Shown: positions 1 to 9,540 of the stretch, in pieces
Numbering within the stretch: position 1 is the first letter of the stretch
Layout of the letters: every line of letters starts with the position of its first letter
The notes under the pieces: generated by a model
The model's database searches: none
Seen by the model: only the letters and a program-made list of their open reading frames with translations
What the model was told of the DNA's origin: nothing
Assembly (NCBI GenBank): GCA_963716935.1
Contig: CAVQUN010000002.1
Span: forward strand, 1,733-65,732
DNA length: 64,000 nucleotides
Reading direction: 5' to 3'
From: an uncultured Actinomycetes bacterium
GTDB lineage: Bacteria; Actinomycetota; UBA4738; HRBIN12
Made by a program: the position numbers and the translations under genes

Positions 1-378
1 CTGAACCTGCTGCTGCTCCTGTTCGTCTCGGTCTTACCGTTCCCGACCCGGATGCTCGGCGAATACCTGCGGGAGACTGGAGCCGAGCGGATCGCCGTCA
101 CTGTGTATGGGTTGAACCTGCTCGCCATCTCGGGTCAGACGAGTGTCCTCTGGCACTACGCGGTCTCGGAACGACTGATCAAGGGCGATCTCGCGGACGA
201 TGACGCCCGGGCGATCACCTCGAAGCTCAACCCGAGCCTTGCCTTTTACGCCGTGACCATCGCGATCGGCTTGCTCGTTCCGGTAGCAGCTGTTGTGCTC
301 TACTTCGCCATCGCGCTTTATCTCTTGATCCCGTTCCGCGCCATCGCCCGCCAGTTCCGTCGTCGACCAGCCGGGTAA
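1..378 (+). CDS. Membrane protein, C-terminal part (runs off the window start); DUF1211/TMEM175-like
   Basis: Frame 1 is open from nt 1 (LNLLLLLFVSVLPFPTRMLGEY...). Two predicted TM helices; hydrophobic and Arg-tailed C-terminus. Confidence 0.45.
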   Translation: MNLLLLLFVSVLPFPTRMLGEYLRETGAERIAVTVYGLNLLAISGQTSVLWHYAVSERLIKGDLADDDARAITSKLNPSLAFYAVTIAIGLLVPVAAVVLYFAIALYLLIPFRAIARQFRRRPAG

Positions 379-711
379 CAGGCCTGCGCAACACCGAACC
401 CGTCCGGAAGCTCCGCCGACACATGCCGCTCATCTCGGCGAGGGGATTCGATGCGTCGATGTTCCTGGCTCGGACCATTCCTCCGGGACATGCGACAGGT
501 GCCGGCGAAGGCCCCGGCGATGCATCGGTGAGCGAGTGCATCCCGCGAGGACCAGCACTGCCGAGACGGCCGTGACCCAGCAAGTCCGAAGCCTACCGAC
601 TGTCCCGCGTGCACCGAGCTGCCGGGGGAGGCCGAGATGGACACCGCGGAGAGCCCGTTCTCCGCGGTCCCCCAATGACGGTCATCTCACGTGCGATAGC
701 CTGCGGGCCTC

Positions 712-1479
712 ATGCGACTGGTCCGCTTCCGCTTCGGCGACCGCATCGCGACCGGCGCCGCCGACTTCGACTCGGAGGTGATTCGCATCCTGCGGGGAAC
801 CTTCTTCGAGGATCCGGTCCCCACCGGCGAGGAGGTGCCGATTGACGACGTTCGGCTTCTGGCGCCCGTCCTGCCCTCCAAACTCGTCTGCGTGGGGAAG
901 AACTACCCCGCGCACGCGGCGGAGTTCGGGCTGGAGATGCCCGAGGAGCCGCTGCTGTTCCTGAAGCCCTCGACCGCCGTCATCGGCCCCCACGACCCGA
1001 TCCGCCTGCTGCCGATCAGCAAGCGCGTGGACTACGAGGGGGAGCTCGCGGTCGTGATCGGCGCCCTCGCCCGCAACGTGCGGAGCGAGGAGGCGCATCG
1101 CGTGATCCTCGGCTACACCTGCGCGAACGACGTGACGCTGCGCGACCTCCAGCACGAGAACGACCAGTGGACTCGCGCCAAGGGCTTCGACGGGTCGTGC
1201 CCGCTCGGCCCCTGGATCGAGACCGACCTGGACCCGACCGACGTGCGCGTCGAGACCCGCCTGAACGGCGAGGTGCGGCAGGGCGCACAGACGGCGGACA
1301 TGGCGTTCGGCGTCGCGACGCTCATCGAGTACGTCACGTCGTTCATGACGCTCCTGCCCGGCGACGTCCTCCTCACCGGCACGCCCGAGGGTGTGGGCAA
1401 GCTCTCGGCCGGCGACGTCGTCGAGGTCGAGGTCGACGGGATCGGGACGCTGAGCAACCCGGTCGAGCCGTCGCCGTGA
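712..1479 (+). CDS. Fumarylacetoacetate hydrolase (FAH) family protein
   Basis: 255 aa. FAH-fold signature blocks (KLVCVGKNYPAHAAE, VDYEGELAVVIG, FTLLPGDVLLTGTPEGVG). High GC3 coding bias. Confidence 0.85.
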   Translation: MRLVRFRFGDRIATGAADFDSEVIRILRGTFFEDPVPTGEEVPIDDVRLLAPVLPSKLVCVGKNYPAHAAEFGLEMPEEPLLFLKPSTAVIGPHDPIRLLPISKRVDYEGELAVVIGALARNVRSEEAHRVILGYTCANDVTLRDLQHENDQWTRAKGFDGSCPLGPWIETDLDPTDVRVETRLNGEVRQGAQTADMAFGVATLIEYVTSFMTLLPGDVLLTGTPEGVGKLSAGDVVEVEVDGIGTLSNPVEPSP

Positions 1480-2894
1480 CCGAGGTCCGCTGCCGGTTCG
1501 CCCCGGCGCCGAGCGGCTCCCTGCACGTCGGCAACGTGCGGACGGGCCTGTTCTCGTGGGCGTTCGCGCGGCACAACGCCGGCGCGTTCATCCTGCGGAT
1601 CGAGGACACCGACGCGAGCCGCGTCACCGAGGAGGCCTTCCACGGCGTCATGGACTCACTTCGCTGGCTCGGCGTCGACTGGGACGAGGGGCCCGACGTG
1701 GGCGGCCCGCACGGGCCCTATCGCCAGTCGCAGCGCATGGACGTCTATCGGGAGACGACGGAGCGGCTGCTCGCGCAGGGTGACGCCTACCCCTGCTACT
1801 GCACGGAGGAGGAGCTCGAGGAGCGGCGGCGCGCCGCGCTCGCGCGGGGGGCGCCGCCGGGCAACGACCGGTGCCGCGACCTCACCGAGGAGGAGCGTGC
1901 CGCGTTCGAGGCCGAGGGACGGTCCCACGCCGTGCGGTTCCGGATGCCCGAGCGCGAATGGGTCACCGACGACCTCGTCAAGGGCGAGGTTCGCTGGGCG
2001 GCCGGCCACCTGAAGGACTTCGTGCTGATGCGCTCGGACGGCTCGCCGGTGTTCCTCCTCGCCGTCGCGGTCGACGACTTGCTCATGGGCGTCACGCACG
2101 TGATCCGGGGCGACGACCTCCTCGACAGCGCCCCCCGCAACGCGGCCGTGATCGAGGCCCTCGGCGGCACGCCGCCGTCGTACGCCCACGTGCCCCAGGT
2201 GAACGGCGCCGACGGCAAGCCGCTGTCCAAGCGCCACGGCTCGACGAGCGTCGAGGCCTTCCGCGAGCAGGGGATCCTGCCCGAGGCGCTCATGAACTAC
2301 CTCGCGCTGCTCGGGTGGTCCAAGGACGCCGAGACGACCTTCGTCTCGAAGGACGAGCTCGTGGCGTCGTTCGAGCTCGAGCGCGTGTCGAAGAACCCGG
2401 CCCGGTTCGACGTCGAGAAGCTCGAGTGGATGAACAACCACTACATCCAGGCGCTCGACGACGACGACCTCGCCGCGCGATGCCTGCACTTCCTGTCGAT
2501 CGCCGGGCTGTCGCCCGAGCCGGCGCTGCTCCGGCGCGCGATGCCGCTCGTGCGCGAGCGGATGAAGCACCTCACCGAGTGCGTCACCCTTCTTCGCTTC
2601 CTGTTCTCCGACGACGTCGCTCCGGATGCGAAGGCGCTCGAGGAGATCGCGAAGACCCCGGCCGGGTATCTCGCCTCGGTCGCGGACGGCCTCGACGGCC
2701 TCGAGCCCTGGAGCGCCGAGGCCATCATGGGCCGCCTCGACGAGGTCGCCGCCGCCTCGAGCCTCAACCGGCGCAAGGGGTTCGCGCCCGTCCGGGCCGC
2801 GGTCACCGGATCGACGATCTCGCCGCCGCTGCCGGAGTCGCTCGAGCTCCTCGGGCGCGAGCGGACGACCGAGCGCCTGCGCCGGGTCGCGTGA
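1476..2894 (+). CDS. gltX: Glutamate--tRNA ligase
   Basis: Class I aaRS motifs (RFAPSPSGSLHVGNVRT = HIGH region; KLSKRHGS = KMSKS). GTG start overlaps the FAH stop (GTGA). The 5' part of the longer track ORF (1167-) is Arg-rich junk. Confidence 0.9.
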   Translation: MTEVRCRFAPAPSGSLHVGNVRTGLFSWAFARHNAGAFILRIEDTDASRVTEEAFHGVMDSLRWLGVDWDEGPDVGGPHGPYRQSQRMDVYRETTERLLAQGDAYPCYCTEEELEERRRAALARGAPPGNDRCRDLTEEERAAFEAEGRSHAVRFRMPEREWVTDDLVKGEVRWAAGHLKDFVLMRSDGSPVFLLAVAVDDLLMGVTHVIRGDDLLDSAPRNAAVIEALGGTPPSYAHVPQVNGADGKPLSKRHGSTSVEAFREQGILPEALMNYLALLGWSKDAETTFVSKDELVASFELERVSKNPARFDVEKLEWMNNHYIQALDDDDLAARCLHFLSIAGLSPEPALLRRAMPLVRERMKHLTECVTLLRFLFSDDVAPDAKALEEIAKTPAGYLASVADGLDGLEPWSAEAIMGRLDEVAAASSLNRRKGFAPVRAAVTGSTISPPLPESLELLGRERTTERLRRVA

Positions 2895-3598
2895 GGCGTC
2901 TCGCCGCCGCCGCCGTCGCGCTCGTCGTCCTGCTCGCCGGGTCGCCGGCGAGCACGGGCGAGCCGCCCGACCCCGGCGACGTCAAGCCCGCGATCGTCTG
3001 GAAGAAGATCCCCTTCGGTGCCAAGCGCAAGCGCCAGATGGCCGCGTACTCGCTGCGACACTACGGCGAGCGGACCTGGCGGCTCGCCGATCCGCAGGTG
3101 ATCGTCGAGCACTACACTGCCGGGACCTCGTTCGACTCGGCGTGGAACCACTTCGCCGCGAACGGCCTGCACCTCGGCGAGAAGCCGGGCGTCTGCGCGC
3201 ACTTCCTGATCGATACCGACGGGACGATCTACCAGCTCGTGAACCTGGGGATCCGATGCCGACACGCCATCGGCATGAACTGGACCGCGATCGGCATCGA
3301 GCACGTCGGCACCAACGCCGACGACATCCTCGACGACGCCGACATGATGCGCGCGTCCCTTCGGCTCACCGCGTGGCTGATGCTCCGGTACGGGATCGCC
3401 GTCGGGAACGTGATCGGGCACGCCGAGACGCTCGAGAGCCCGTTCCACCACGAGCTCTACGACGACTGGGCGTGCTCGACCCACGCCGATTGGAACCACC
3501 AGGAGATGCGCGTCTACCGTAAGCGGTTGCGCAAGCTGGCCGATCGGCTCGGCATCCCCGGCGGCGCCGGCCCGCAGTGGGTGGACAACGGCTGCTGA
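2891..3598 (+). CDS. Secreted N-acetylmuramoyl-L-alanine amidase (Amidase_2/PGRP domain)
   Basis: GTG start overlapping the gltX stop. N-terminal signal peptide (RRLAAAAVALVVLLAGSPAS). Amidase_2-like blocks (IVEHYTAG, AHFLIDTDGTIYQLV, GIEHVG, GNVIGHAE). Confidence 0.8.
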   Translation: MRRLAAAAVALVVLLAGSPASTGEPPDPGDVKPAIVWKKIPFGAKRKRQMAAYSLRHYGERTWRLADPQVIVEHYTAGTSFDSAWNHFAANGLHLGEKPGVCAHFLIDTDGTIYQLVNLGIRCRHAIGMNWTAIGIEHVGTNADDILDDADMMRASLRLTAWLMLRYGIAVGNVIGHAETLESPFHHELYDDWACSTHADWNHQEMRVYRKRLRKLADRLGIPGGAGPQWVDNGC

Positions 3599-3599
3599 G

Positions 3600-4763
3600 G
3601 TGGCGGGCGCCTGGTTCGATCCCTCGGACCCGGGCTTCGTCGCGGATCCCTACCCGACGTACGAGCGGCTGCGGGCCGAGTCCCCGGTCCTGTTCCACGA
3701 GCCGAGCGGGCTGCGGTTCGTCTCGCGCCGCGCCGACGTCGACGCGACGCTTCGCGACCGGCGGTTCGGCCGCGTGTTCGTCCCGCGCGAGCCGGTCGAG
3801 AAGATGCGGCCGTTCAACCTGCTGAACGAGCACTCCCTGTTCGATCGCGAGCCGCCCGAGCACACGCGACTGCGCGGCCTGGTCTCGACCGTCTTCACGC
3901 CGCGGCGAGTCGAGGCGCTCCGGCCCCTCGTGCGCTCGATGGCGGAGGAGCTCATTCGCGCCGGGCTCACCGACCTCGTCGCCGACCTCGCCGAGCCGAT
4001 CCCGGTCGCGGTGATCGCCGAGCTCCTCGGCGTCCCCGAGCCCGACCGGCACCGGCTGCGGCCGTGGTCGCGGGCGATCGTCGCGCTGTACGAGCTCGAG
4101 CACGACGAGCGGGCGGCCGGCGCGGCCGTCCGTGCGAGCGCGGAGTTCCGGGAGTACCTGCTCGCGCTCGCGGACGGCCGGCGCGACGCCGTCGATGGCG
4201 ACCTGTTGAGCGGGCTCGTGCGCGTCGGCCTGTCCGACGACGAGCTCGTCGCGACGTGCGTGCTCCTGCTCAACGCCGGGCACGAGGCCACCGTGAACAC
4301 GCTCGGCAACGGCGTCGTCGCGCTGCTCGAGCATCGAGAGCAATGGAATCGGCTGCGCGACGACCCGGCCCTCGTGCCGTCGGCGGTCGAAGAGCTGCTG
4401 CGCTTCGACACGCCGCTGCAGCTGTTCCAGCGAACGGCGCTCGTCGACGCCGAGATCGCCGGGACGAAGGTCGCCGCCGGAGAGCGTGTGGCGCTCCTGC
4501 TCGGATCGGCGAACCGCGACGCCCACGCCTTCGCGGACCCCAACCGGCTCGACGTCGGCCGCTCGCCGAACCCCCATCTCGGGTTCGGCGCCGGGATTCA
4601 CTTCTGTCTGGGCGCGCCGCTCGCTCGACTCGAGCTGCAGGAGGAGCTGGGGGCGCTGCTCCGGCTCGCCCCCGACATCGAGCTCGACGGCGAGCCAGAG
4701 CGCCGGCCCGGACACGTGATCCGAGGGTTCGAGCGGATCCCGGTGTCGGCTCCGCCGCGCTAG
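3600..4763 (+). CDS. Cytochrome P450
   Basis: 387 aa. Heme-thiolate loop FGAGIHFCLGAPLARLE, ExxR (EELLR), I-helix LLNAGHEAT. Confidence 0.9.
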   Translation: MAGAWFDPSDPGFVADPYPTYERLRAESPVLFHEPSGLRFVSRRADVDATLRDRRFGRVFVPREPVEKMRPFNLLNEHSLFDREPPEHTRLRGLVSTVFTPRRVEALRPLVRSMAEELIRAGLTDLVADLAEPIPVAVIAELLGVPEPDRHRLRPWSRAIVALYELEHDERAAGAAVRASAEFREYLLALADGRRDAVDGDLLSGLVRVGLSDDELVATCVLLLNAGHEATVNTLGNGVVALLEHREQWNRLRDDPALVPSAVEELLRFDTPLQLFQRTALVDAEIAGTKVAAGERVALLLGSANRDAHAFADPNRLDVGRSPNPHLGFGAGIHFCLGAPLARLELQEELGALLRLAPDIELDGEPERRPGHVIRGFERIPVSAPPR

Positions 4764-4766
4764 CGG

Positions 4767-5075
4767 TCAGTGCTTGGGCGTCTTCGGCGAGAGGGCGCGG
4801 CCAATCAAGCCGATCAGCACGGCTAGCAGGATGGGGAACAGCGCCACCGAGAAGGCGAGGAGGGTCAACAGCACTCCGTCGTTGACGGTCGCGGAGGAGA
4901 ACGTCGTGCCCTTGGTGAGCGCGTAGACGTTCGCCGCGACGTAGAAGGCGACCGGGATCAGGAACGGCAGCATCACGAGGACGAAGAAGATCGCGATGCC
5001 GATCCCGAGCGCGATCACCTTCGAGCCGGGCGGCGTCCGGAAGGCCTGCTCGTCGTCGCGATCTTCGCGTCTCAC
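4767..5075 (-). CDS. Small integral membrane protein (hypothetical)
   Basis: 102 aa, three hydrophobic helices. Sits immediately downstream of the Rieske gene on the same strand. Confidence 0.5.
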   Translation of the reverse strand: MRREDRDDEQAFRTPPGSKVIALGIGIAIFFVLVMLPFLIPVAFYVAANVYALTKGTTFSSATVNDGVLLTLLAFSVALFPILLAVLIGLIGRALSPKTPKH

Positions 5076-5076
5076 G

Positions 5077-5409
5077 TCAGTCCCTCCGCCGAAGCTCGAC
5101 CACGCCGTCCGTTACGCGGACATCGTACGCGGGCTCGGGGCTCGTCGCCGGGGCGCGCATCACGTGTCCGTTGGAGAGGTCGAACGCGCTCCCGTGCGCG
5201 GGACACGTCACCTGGGCGATCGATCCCGAGAACGTGACCCGCCCCCGACTGAGCGGCGCCCCCTGGTGGGTGCACCGGTCGCCGATGGCGAAGAGCCGTT
5301 CGCCGTCTCGGACGAGCAGGACGGGCGCATCGTCCACCGTGACCCGCGCCGGTCGCCGGTCCTCGAGCGACGTGAGCTCAACCGTCGGCACCCACTCGTC
5401 GTCCGGCAT
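5077..5409 (-). CDS. Rieske [2Fe-2S] domain protein (ferredoxin-like)
   Basis: CTHQG...CPAHGSAFDL = the CxH...CxxH Rieske ligands. ATG at 5409; the longer upstream extension of the track ORF is low-complexity. Confidence 0.75.
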   Translation of the reverse strand: MPDDEWVPTVELTSLEDRRPARVTVDDAPVLLVRDGERLFAIGDRCTHQGAPLSRGRVTFSGSIAQVTCPAHGSAFDLSNGHVMRAPATSPEPAYDVRVTDGVVELRRRD

Positions 5410-5500
5410 CGATCGATCCCCCTTCGTCACTCTTCGCGCCCGAACGATACGGGATCGGCGCCTTCGATAGGCTTGCCGCTCCGGCGGAAGGGATCGAGGG

Positions 5501-6268
5501 ATGAGGGGCTCGCTGCGGCTCGTGGCCGTCGTCGCCGTTGGGATGCTCGCGCTCGCCGCGTGCGGCGAGAACGACGCCGGAGGGTCGGGGACCCTCGAGG
5601 GCGTCGACTGGGAGCTCTCGTCGCTCGCCGGCGCCACCGGTCCGAGCGCGGACACGTCGCCGATCACCGCCCGATTCGACAGGAAGACGCTCTCGGGCAG
5701 CGGTGGGTGCAACCAGTACCACGCGACCTACTCGCTCGACGGCGGCGACCTCCAGATCGGCCCCGTCGCCGGGACGCGCATGGCGTGCGACGACCCGACC
5801 AACGCCCGCGAGACCGCGTACTTCGCCGCCCTGGAGAAGGTGGCGTCATACCAGGCCGACGGCACGAGCCTCACGCTGCTCGACGGCGACGGCGGCGACC
5901 TGCTCACGTATCAGACGGTCGAACCGGCGCCGCTCACCGGCACCGCGTGGACGGGGCTCTTCTTCAACGACGGCGACGCGCTGGTCTCCGCGCTCGCCGA
6001 CTCGGGCTTCACGGCGACCTTCGCCGACGACGGAACCGTGAGCGGCAGCTCGGGGTGCAACACGTTCTCCGGGTCGTACACGGTCGACGGCGACACGATG
6101 TCCTTCGGGCCGCTCGCGTCGACCCAGATGGCGTGCGCCGAGGAGGTCATGACCCAGGAGGCGGCGGTGCTCGGTGCGCTCGACCGCGTGACGAGCTTCG
6201 CGATTCAGGGCGACGAGCTCACGCTCCTGGACGACCAGGGGAACGTGCAGGTCTCCTACCGGGCCTGA
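5501..6268 (+). CDS. Lipoprotein with two META (DUF306/HslJ-like) domains
   Basis: Lipobox LALAAC. Duplicated GSGGCNxY...L/GSSGCNTFSGSY blocks typical of META domains. Confidence 0.7.
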   Translation: MRGSLRLVAVVAVGMLALAACGENDAGGSGTLEGVDWELSSLAGATGPSADTSPITARFDRKTLSGSGGCNQYHATYSLDGGDLQIGPVAGTRMACDDPTNARETAYFAALEKVASYQADGTSLTLLDGDGGDLLTYQTVEPAPLTGTAWTGLFFNDGDALVSALADSGFTATFADDGTVSGSSGCNTFSGSYTVDGDTMSFGPLASTQMACAEEVMTQEAAVLGALDRVTSFAIQGDELTLLDDQGNVQVSYRA

Positions 6269-6326
6269 GCCGGCCGCAGCCCTCGGGTGGAACCCCCCGA
6301 CTGCCTCCGTTCGTAGAGTCGGGTGA

Positions 6327-7604
6327 GTGCGCCGAGACGGAGCGACCCGCGGAACCCGAACCCTCGCACTTTCGTTCGCCCTCGGCGCGCTCGCGACCGC
6401 CTGTCAGGCCACGACGCCGGAGCCGTCGAGCACGCCCGCTGCCCCCTCGCCCACACCGTCCGCGTCCTCGACCCCGTCGCCCGAGCCGACGGCCTCGAGC
6501 TCGACGCCCGCGGCCTTCGATCCCGGCGGCGTCCAGCTCGAGCTCGACAGCCTCGTCGCCGGTCTCGACGACCCGCTGCTGGTGACGGCGGCCGGCGACG
6601 GAAGCGACCGCCTGTTCGTGGTCGAGCAGCCCGGCCGGATCCGGATCGTGCGGGACGGAGAGCTCGAGCCGGAGCCGTTCCTCGACATCTCCGACCGCCT
6701 CGTCTCGGGCGGCGAGCAGGGGCTGCTGGGCCTGGCCTTCCATCCCCGCTACGCGCAGAACGGCCGCTTCTTCGTGAACTACACGGACCGAAACGGCGAC
6801 ACGGTCGTCGCCGAGTTCGCGGTCTCCCCCGACGATCCCGATCGCGCCGACCCGGACTCCGAGCGGGTGATCCTCGGGTTCGACCAGCCGTTCGCCAACC
6901 ACAACGGCGGCAACCTCGCGTTCGGGCCCGACGGGGACCTGTGGATCGGGACCGGCGACGGCGGCGACGCGGGCGATCCCTTCGGCAACGGGCAGAACCT
7001 CGAGACCTTCCTCGGCAAGATGCTGCGCATCGACGTCGACCATCGCGACAAGGGGCTCGCGTACGCGATCCCGCCGGACAACCCGTTCGTCGAGGACCGG
7101 AACGCCTTCCCCGAGATCTGGGCGTACGGGCTTCGGAACCCGTGGCGCTACAGCTTCGACCGCGAGACCGGCGACCTGTGGATCGGGGACGTGGGGCAGG
7201 GGGCCTACGAGGAGATCGACCACGTCGCGAGCACCAAGGCCGGGCTGAACTTCGGGTGGAACGTCATGGAGGGCCGCGAGTGCTTCCAGCCGCTCACCGG
7301 CTGCGACGAGTCGGGGATCACCCTGCCGGTCGCCGTCTACGGCCACTCCCAGGGCTGCTCGGTGACCGGCGGCTTCGTCTATCGGGGATCACGCTGGCCG
7401 GCGCTCCGCGGGGCGTACCTGTTCTCCGACTACTGCTCGGGCACGATCTGGGGGCTCGACGCGGCAGACCCCAAGTCCGAGCCGTCCGAGCTGCTCACCT
7501 CGGGGCGGGCGATCAGCTCGTTCGGGCAGGACGAGGCCGGCGAGCTCTACGTCACCGACCTGTTCAGCGGCGAGGTGCTCGAGGTCGCGGCGCCGGCCGC
7601 CTAG
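6327..7604 (+). CDS. PQQ-dependent soluble sugar (glucose/sorbosone) dehydrogenase family lipoprotein
   Basis: Lipobox LATAC. Beta-propeller GSDH blocks (FVVEQPGRIRIV, FANHNGGNLAFGPDGDLWIGTGDGG, AYGLRNPWRYSFD). Confidence 0.8.
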   Translation: MRRDGATRGTRTLALSFALGALATACQATTPEPSSTPAAPSPTPSASSTPSPEPTASSSTPAAFDPGGVQLELDSLVAGLDDPLLVTAAGDGSDRLFVVEQPGRIRIVRDGELEPEPFLDISDRLVSGGEQGLLGLAFHPRYAQNGRFFVNYTDRNGDTVVAEFAVSPDDPDRADPDSERVILGFDQPFANHNGGNLAFGPDGDLWIGTGDGGDAGDPFGNGQNLETFLGKMLRIDVDHRDKGLAYAIPPDNPFVEDRNAFPEIWAYGLRNPWRYSFDRETGDLWIGDVGQGAYEEIDHVASTKAGLNFGWNVMEGRECFQPLTGCDESGITLPVAVYGHSQGCSVTGGFVYRGSRWPALRGAYLFSDYCSGTIWGLDAADPKSEPSELLTSGRAISSFGQDEAGELYVTDLFSGEVLEVAAPAA

Positions 7605-7605
7605 C

Positions 7606-8979
7606 TCACATCCCCATCCGACTGCGCTTGAGGAACGTCCCCTGTCCCTCCTTGCCGTGGAACTCGCCGTCCTCGACGAGCACGGCGCCCCGCTGCAGGA
7701 CGACCTCGGGAAGCCCTTTCACCGTCATGCCCTCGAAGGCCGAGTAGTCGACGTTCATGTGATGCGTGCTCGCCGAGATCGTGCGCTCGTGGTTGGGGTC
7801 GAACACGACGATGTCGGCGTCCGAGCCCGGCGCGATCGTGCCCTTGCGCGGGTACAGGCCGAACATCTTCGCCGGCGCCGTCGACACGATCTGCACGAAG
7901 CGATTCAGCTCGATCTTGCCCGCGTGCACGCCCTGGAACATGAGCGTGTAGCGGTCCTCGACGCTCGGCAGGCCGTTCGGGATCTTCGAGAAGTCGCCCA
8001 TCCCGAGGTCCTTCTGTCCCTTGAAGTTGAACGGCGCGTGGTCGGTCGAGACGATCTGCAGGTCGCCCTGCCGCAGCCCCGACCACAGCTCCTCCTGGTG
8101 GTCCTTCGGCCGCAGCGGGGGAGAGCAGACGAACTTCGCGCCCTCGAACCCGGGGCGCGCCATGTCGTCCTGCGACAGGTACAGGTACTGCGGGCAGGTC
8201 TCGGCGAACGCCGGCAGGCCGCGGTCGCGCGCGTCGCGCACGGCGTTGAGCGCGTCGCGCGAGGACAGGTGGACGATGTACGCGGGGGTGCCGGCGAGCT
8301 CGGCGAGCTTGAACACGCGGTGCACGGCCTCGCCCTCCATCGCGGCCGGCCGCGTGAGCCCGTGGTTGATCGGGTCGGTCTTGCCGAGGGCCACGTACTG
8401 CTTGACGAGCACGTCGATCGGCCCGCCGTTCTCCGCGTGCATCATGATCAGCGCGCCGCTGTTCGCCGCCCGCTGCATCGCGGTGAAGATCGACGCGTCG
8501 TCGAGCATGAACACGCCGGGGTAGGCCATGAAGAGCTTGAACGAGGTGACGCCCTCGCCGACGAGCTCGTCCATCTCCTTGAGGACCTGATCGTTCACCT
8601 CCTTGACGATCATGTGGAACCCGAAGTCGATGCAGGCCTTCTGCGCCTTCTCGTGCCAGGTGTCGAGGCCCTTGCGCAGGCCCTCGCCGGTCCCCTGGAG
8701 CGCGAAGTCCACGACCGTCGTCGTGCCGCCGAACGCGGCCGCGCGGGTCCCGGTGCCGAAGTCGTCGGAGCAGAAGGAGCCGCCGAACGGCAGGTCGAAG
8801 TGCGTGTGCGGGTCGACGCCGCCGGGCATCACGTAGCGGTCGGTGGCGTCGATCACCTTGTCGGCCTCGACCGGCATCCCCACGCCGATCGCCGCGACCT
8901 TCTCGTCCTCGATCACCACGTCCGCCCTCGTCGTCTCGGTCGCCGTGACCACCGTGCCGTTCTTGATCAGCGTCCTCAT
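7606..8979 (-). CDS. Dihydropyrimidinase / D-hydantoinase (cyclic amidohydrolase)
   Basis: MRTLIKNGTVVTA...GGVDPHTHFDLPFGG...; carboxylated-Lys region MAYPGVFMLDD; length about 457 aa. ATG at 8979. Confidence 0.9.
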   Translation of the reverse strand: MRTLIKNGTVVTATETTRADVVIEDEKVAAIGVGMPVEADKVIDATDRYVMPGGVDPHTHFDLPFGGSFCSDDFGTGTRAAAFGGTTTVVDFALQGTGEGLRKGLDTWHEKAQKACIDFGFHMIVKEVNDQVLKEMDELVGEGVTSFKLFMAYPGVFMLDDASIFTAMQRAANSGALIMMHAENGGPIDVLVKQYVALGKTDPINHGLTRPAAMEGEAVHRVFKLAELAGTPAYIVHLSSRDALNAVRDARDRGLPAFAETCPQYLYLSQDDMARPGFEGAKFVCSPPLRPKDHQEELWSGLRQGDLQIVSTDHAPFNFKGQKDLGMGDFSKIPNGLPSVEDRYTLMFQGVHAGKIELNRFVQIVSTAPAKMFGLYPRKGTIAPGSDADIVVFDPNHERTISASTHHMNVDYSAFEGMTVKGLPEVVLQRGAVLVEDGEFHGKEGQGTFLKRSRMGM

Positions 8980-9039
8980 GTCGCGTCCGCCTCCTCGTGC
9001 CGACGCCTGGATGCTACGCGAACCCGCTAGGCTGGGAAG

Positions 9040-9540
9040 ATGGATCCCGCACCCTGGCACCTGGCCCAGTTGAACGTCGGGGTCCTGCGGGCCCCGCTGG
9101 ACTCACCTCAGCTCGCCGGGTTCGTCGAGGCGCTCGACCCGATCAACGCGCTCGCCGACCGGACACCCGGCTTCGTCTGGCGTTTGCAGACCGAGGACGG
9201 GAACGCAACCGCGATCAGGCCGTTCGAGGACGACCGCGTCGCCGTCAACCTCTCGGTCTGGGAATCGCTCGAGGCCCTCGGCGAGTTCGTCTACGCGTCC
9301 CGGCACCTGGACGTCCTGCGCCGCCGGCGCGAGTGGTTCGAGCATATGGCCGAGGCCTATCTGGTCCTGTGGTGGGTCCCCGCCGGCACGATCCCGACGG
9401 TCGAGGAGGCCAAGCGCCGCCTCGAGATCCTCCGCGAGCGCGGGCCCTCGCCGGAGGCGTTCACGTTCCGCGAGCCGTTCCCGCCGCCGGGGACGGCGGC
9501 GACGGCTCGACCCGACGACCGCTGGTTCTGCCCGGCCTAG
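9040..9540 (+). CDS. DUF3291 domain protein
   Basis: 166 aa, good coding bias. Convergent 4-nt overlap with the LLM gene. Confidence 0.55.
   Translation: MDPAPWHLAQLNVGVLRAPLDSPQLAGFVEALDPINALADRTPGFVWRLQTEDGNATAIRPFEDDRVAVNLSVWESLEALGEFVYASRHLDVLRRRREWFEHMAEAYLVLWWVPAGTIPTVEEAKRRLEILRERGPSPEAFTFREPFPPPGTAATARPDDRWFCPA

Noticed and set aside
1167-1475. Upstream 103-codon extension of the gltX ORF in the track (start at 1167)
   Set aside because: The N-terminal segment is Arg/Pro-rich and overlaps the FAH gene in another frame. A GTG at 1476 gives a canonical-length GluRS beginning just before the HIGH motif.
6219-7346. Long antisense ORFs opposite real genes (e.g. 6219-7346 -, 7657-9030 +, 1656-2570 -, 3366-4715 -, 16867-18471 -, 44653-46095 -, 45267-47654 -, 49369-50571 -, 51663-53906 -, 53299-55764 -, 55768-57144 -, 57141-59219 -)
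   Set aside because: These are typical high-GC artefacts. They are extremely Arg/Pro/Gly/Asp-rich, lack motifs, and each is fully overlapped by a motif-bearing gene on the other strand.
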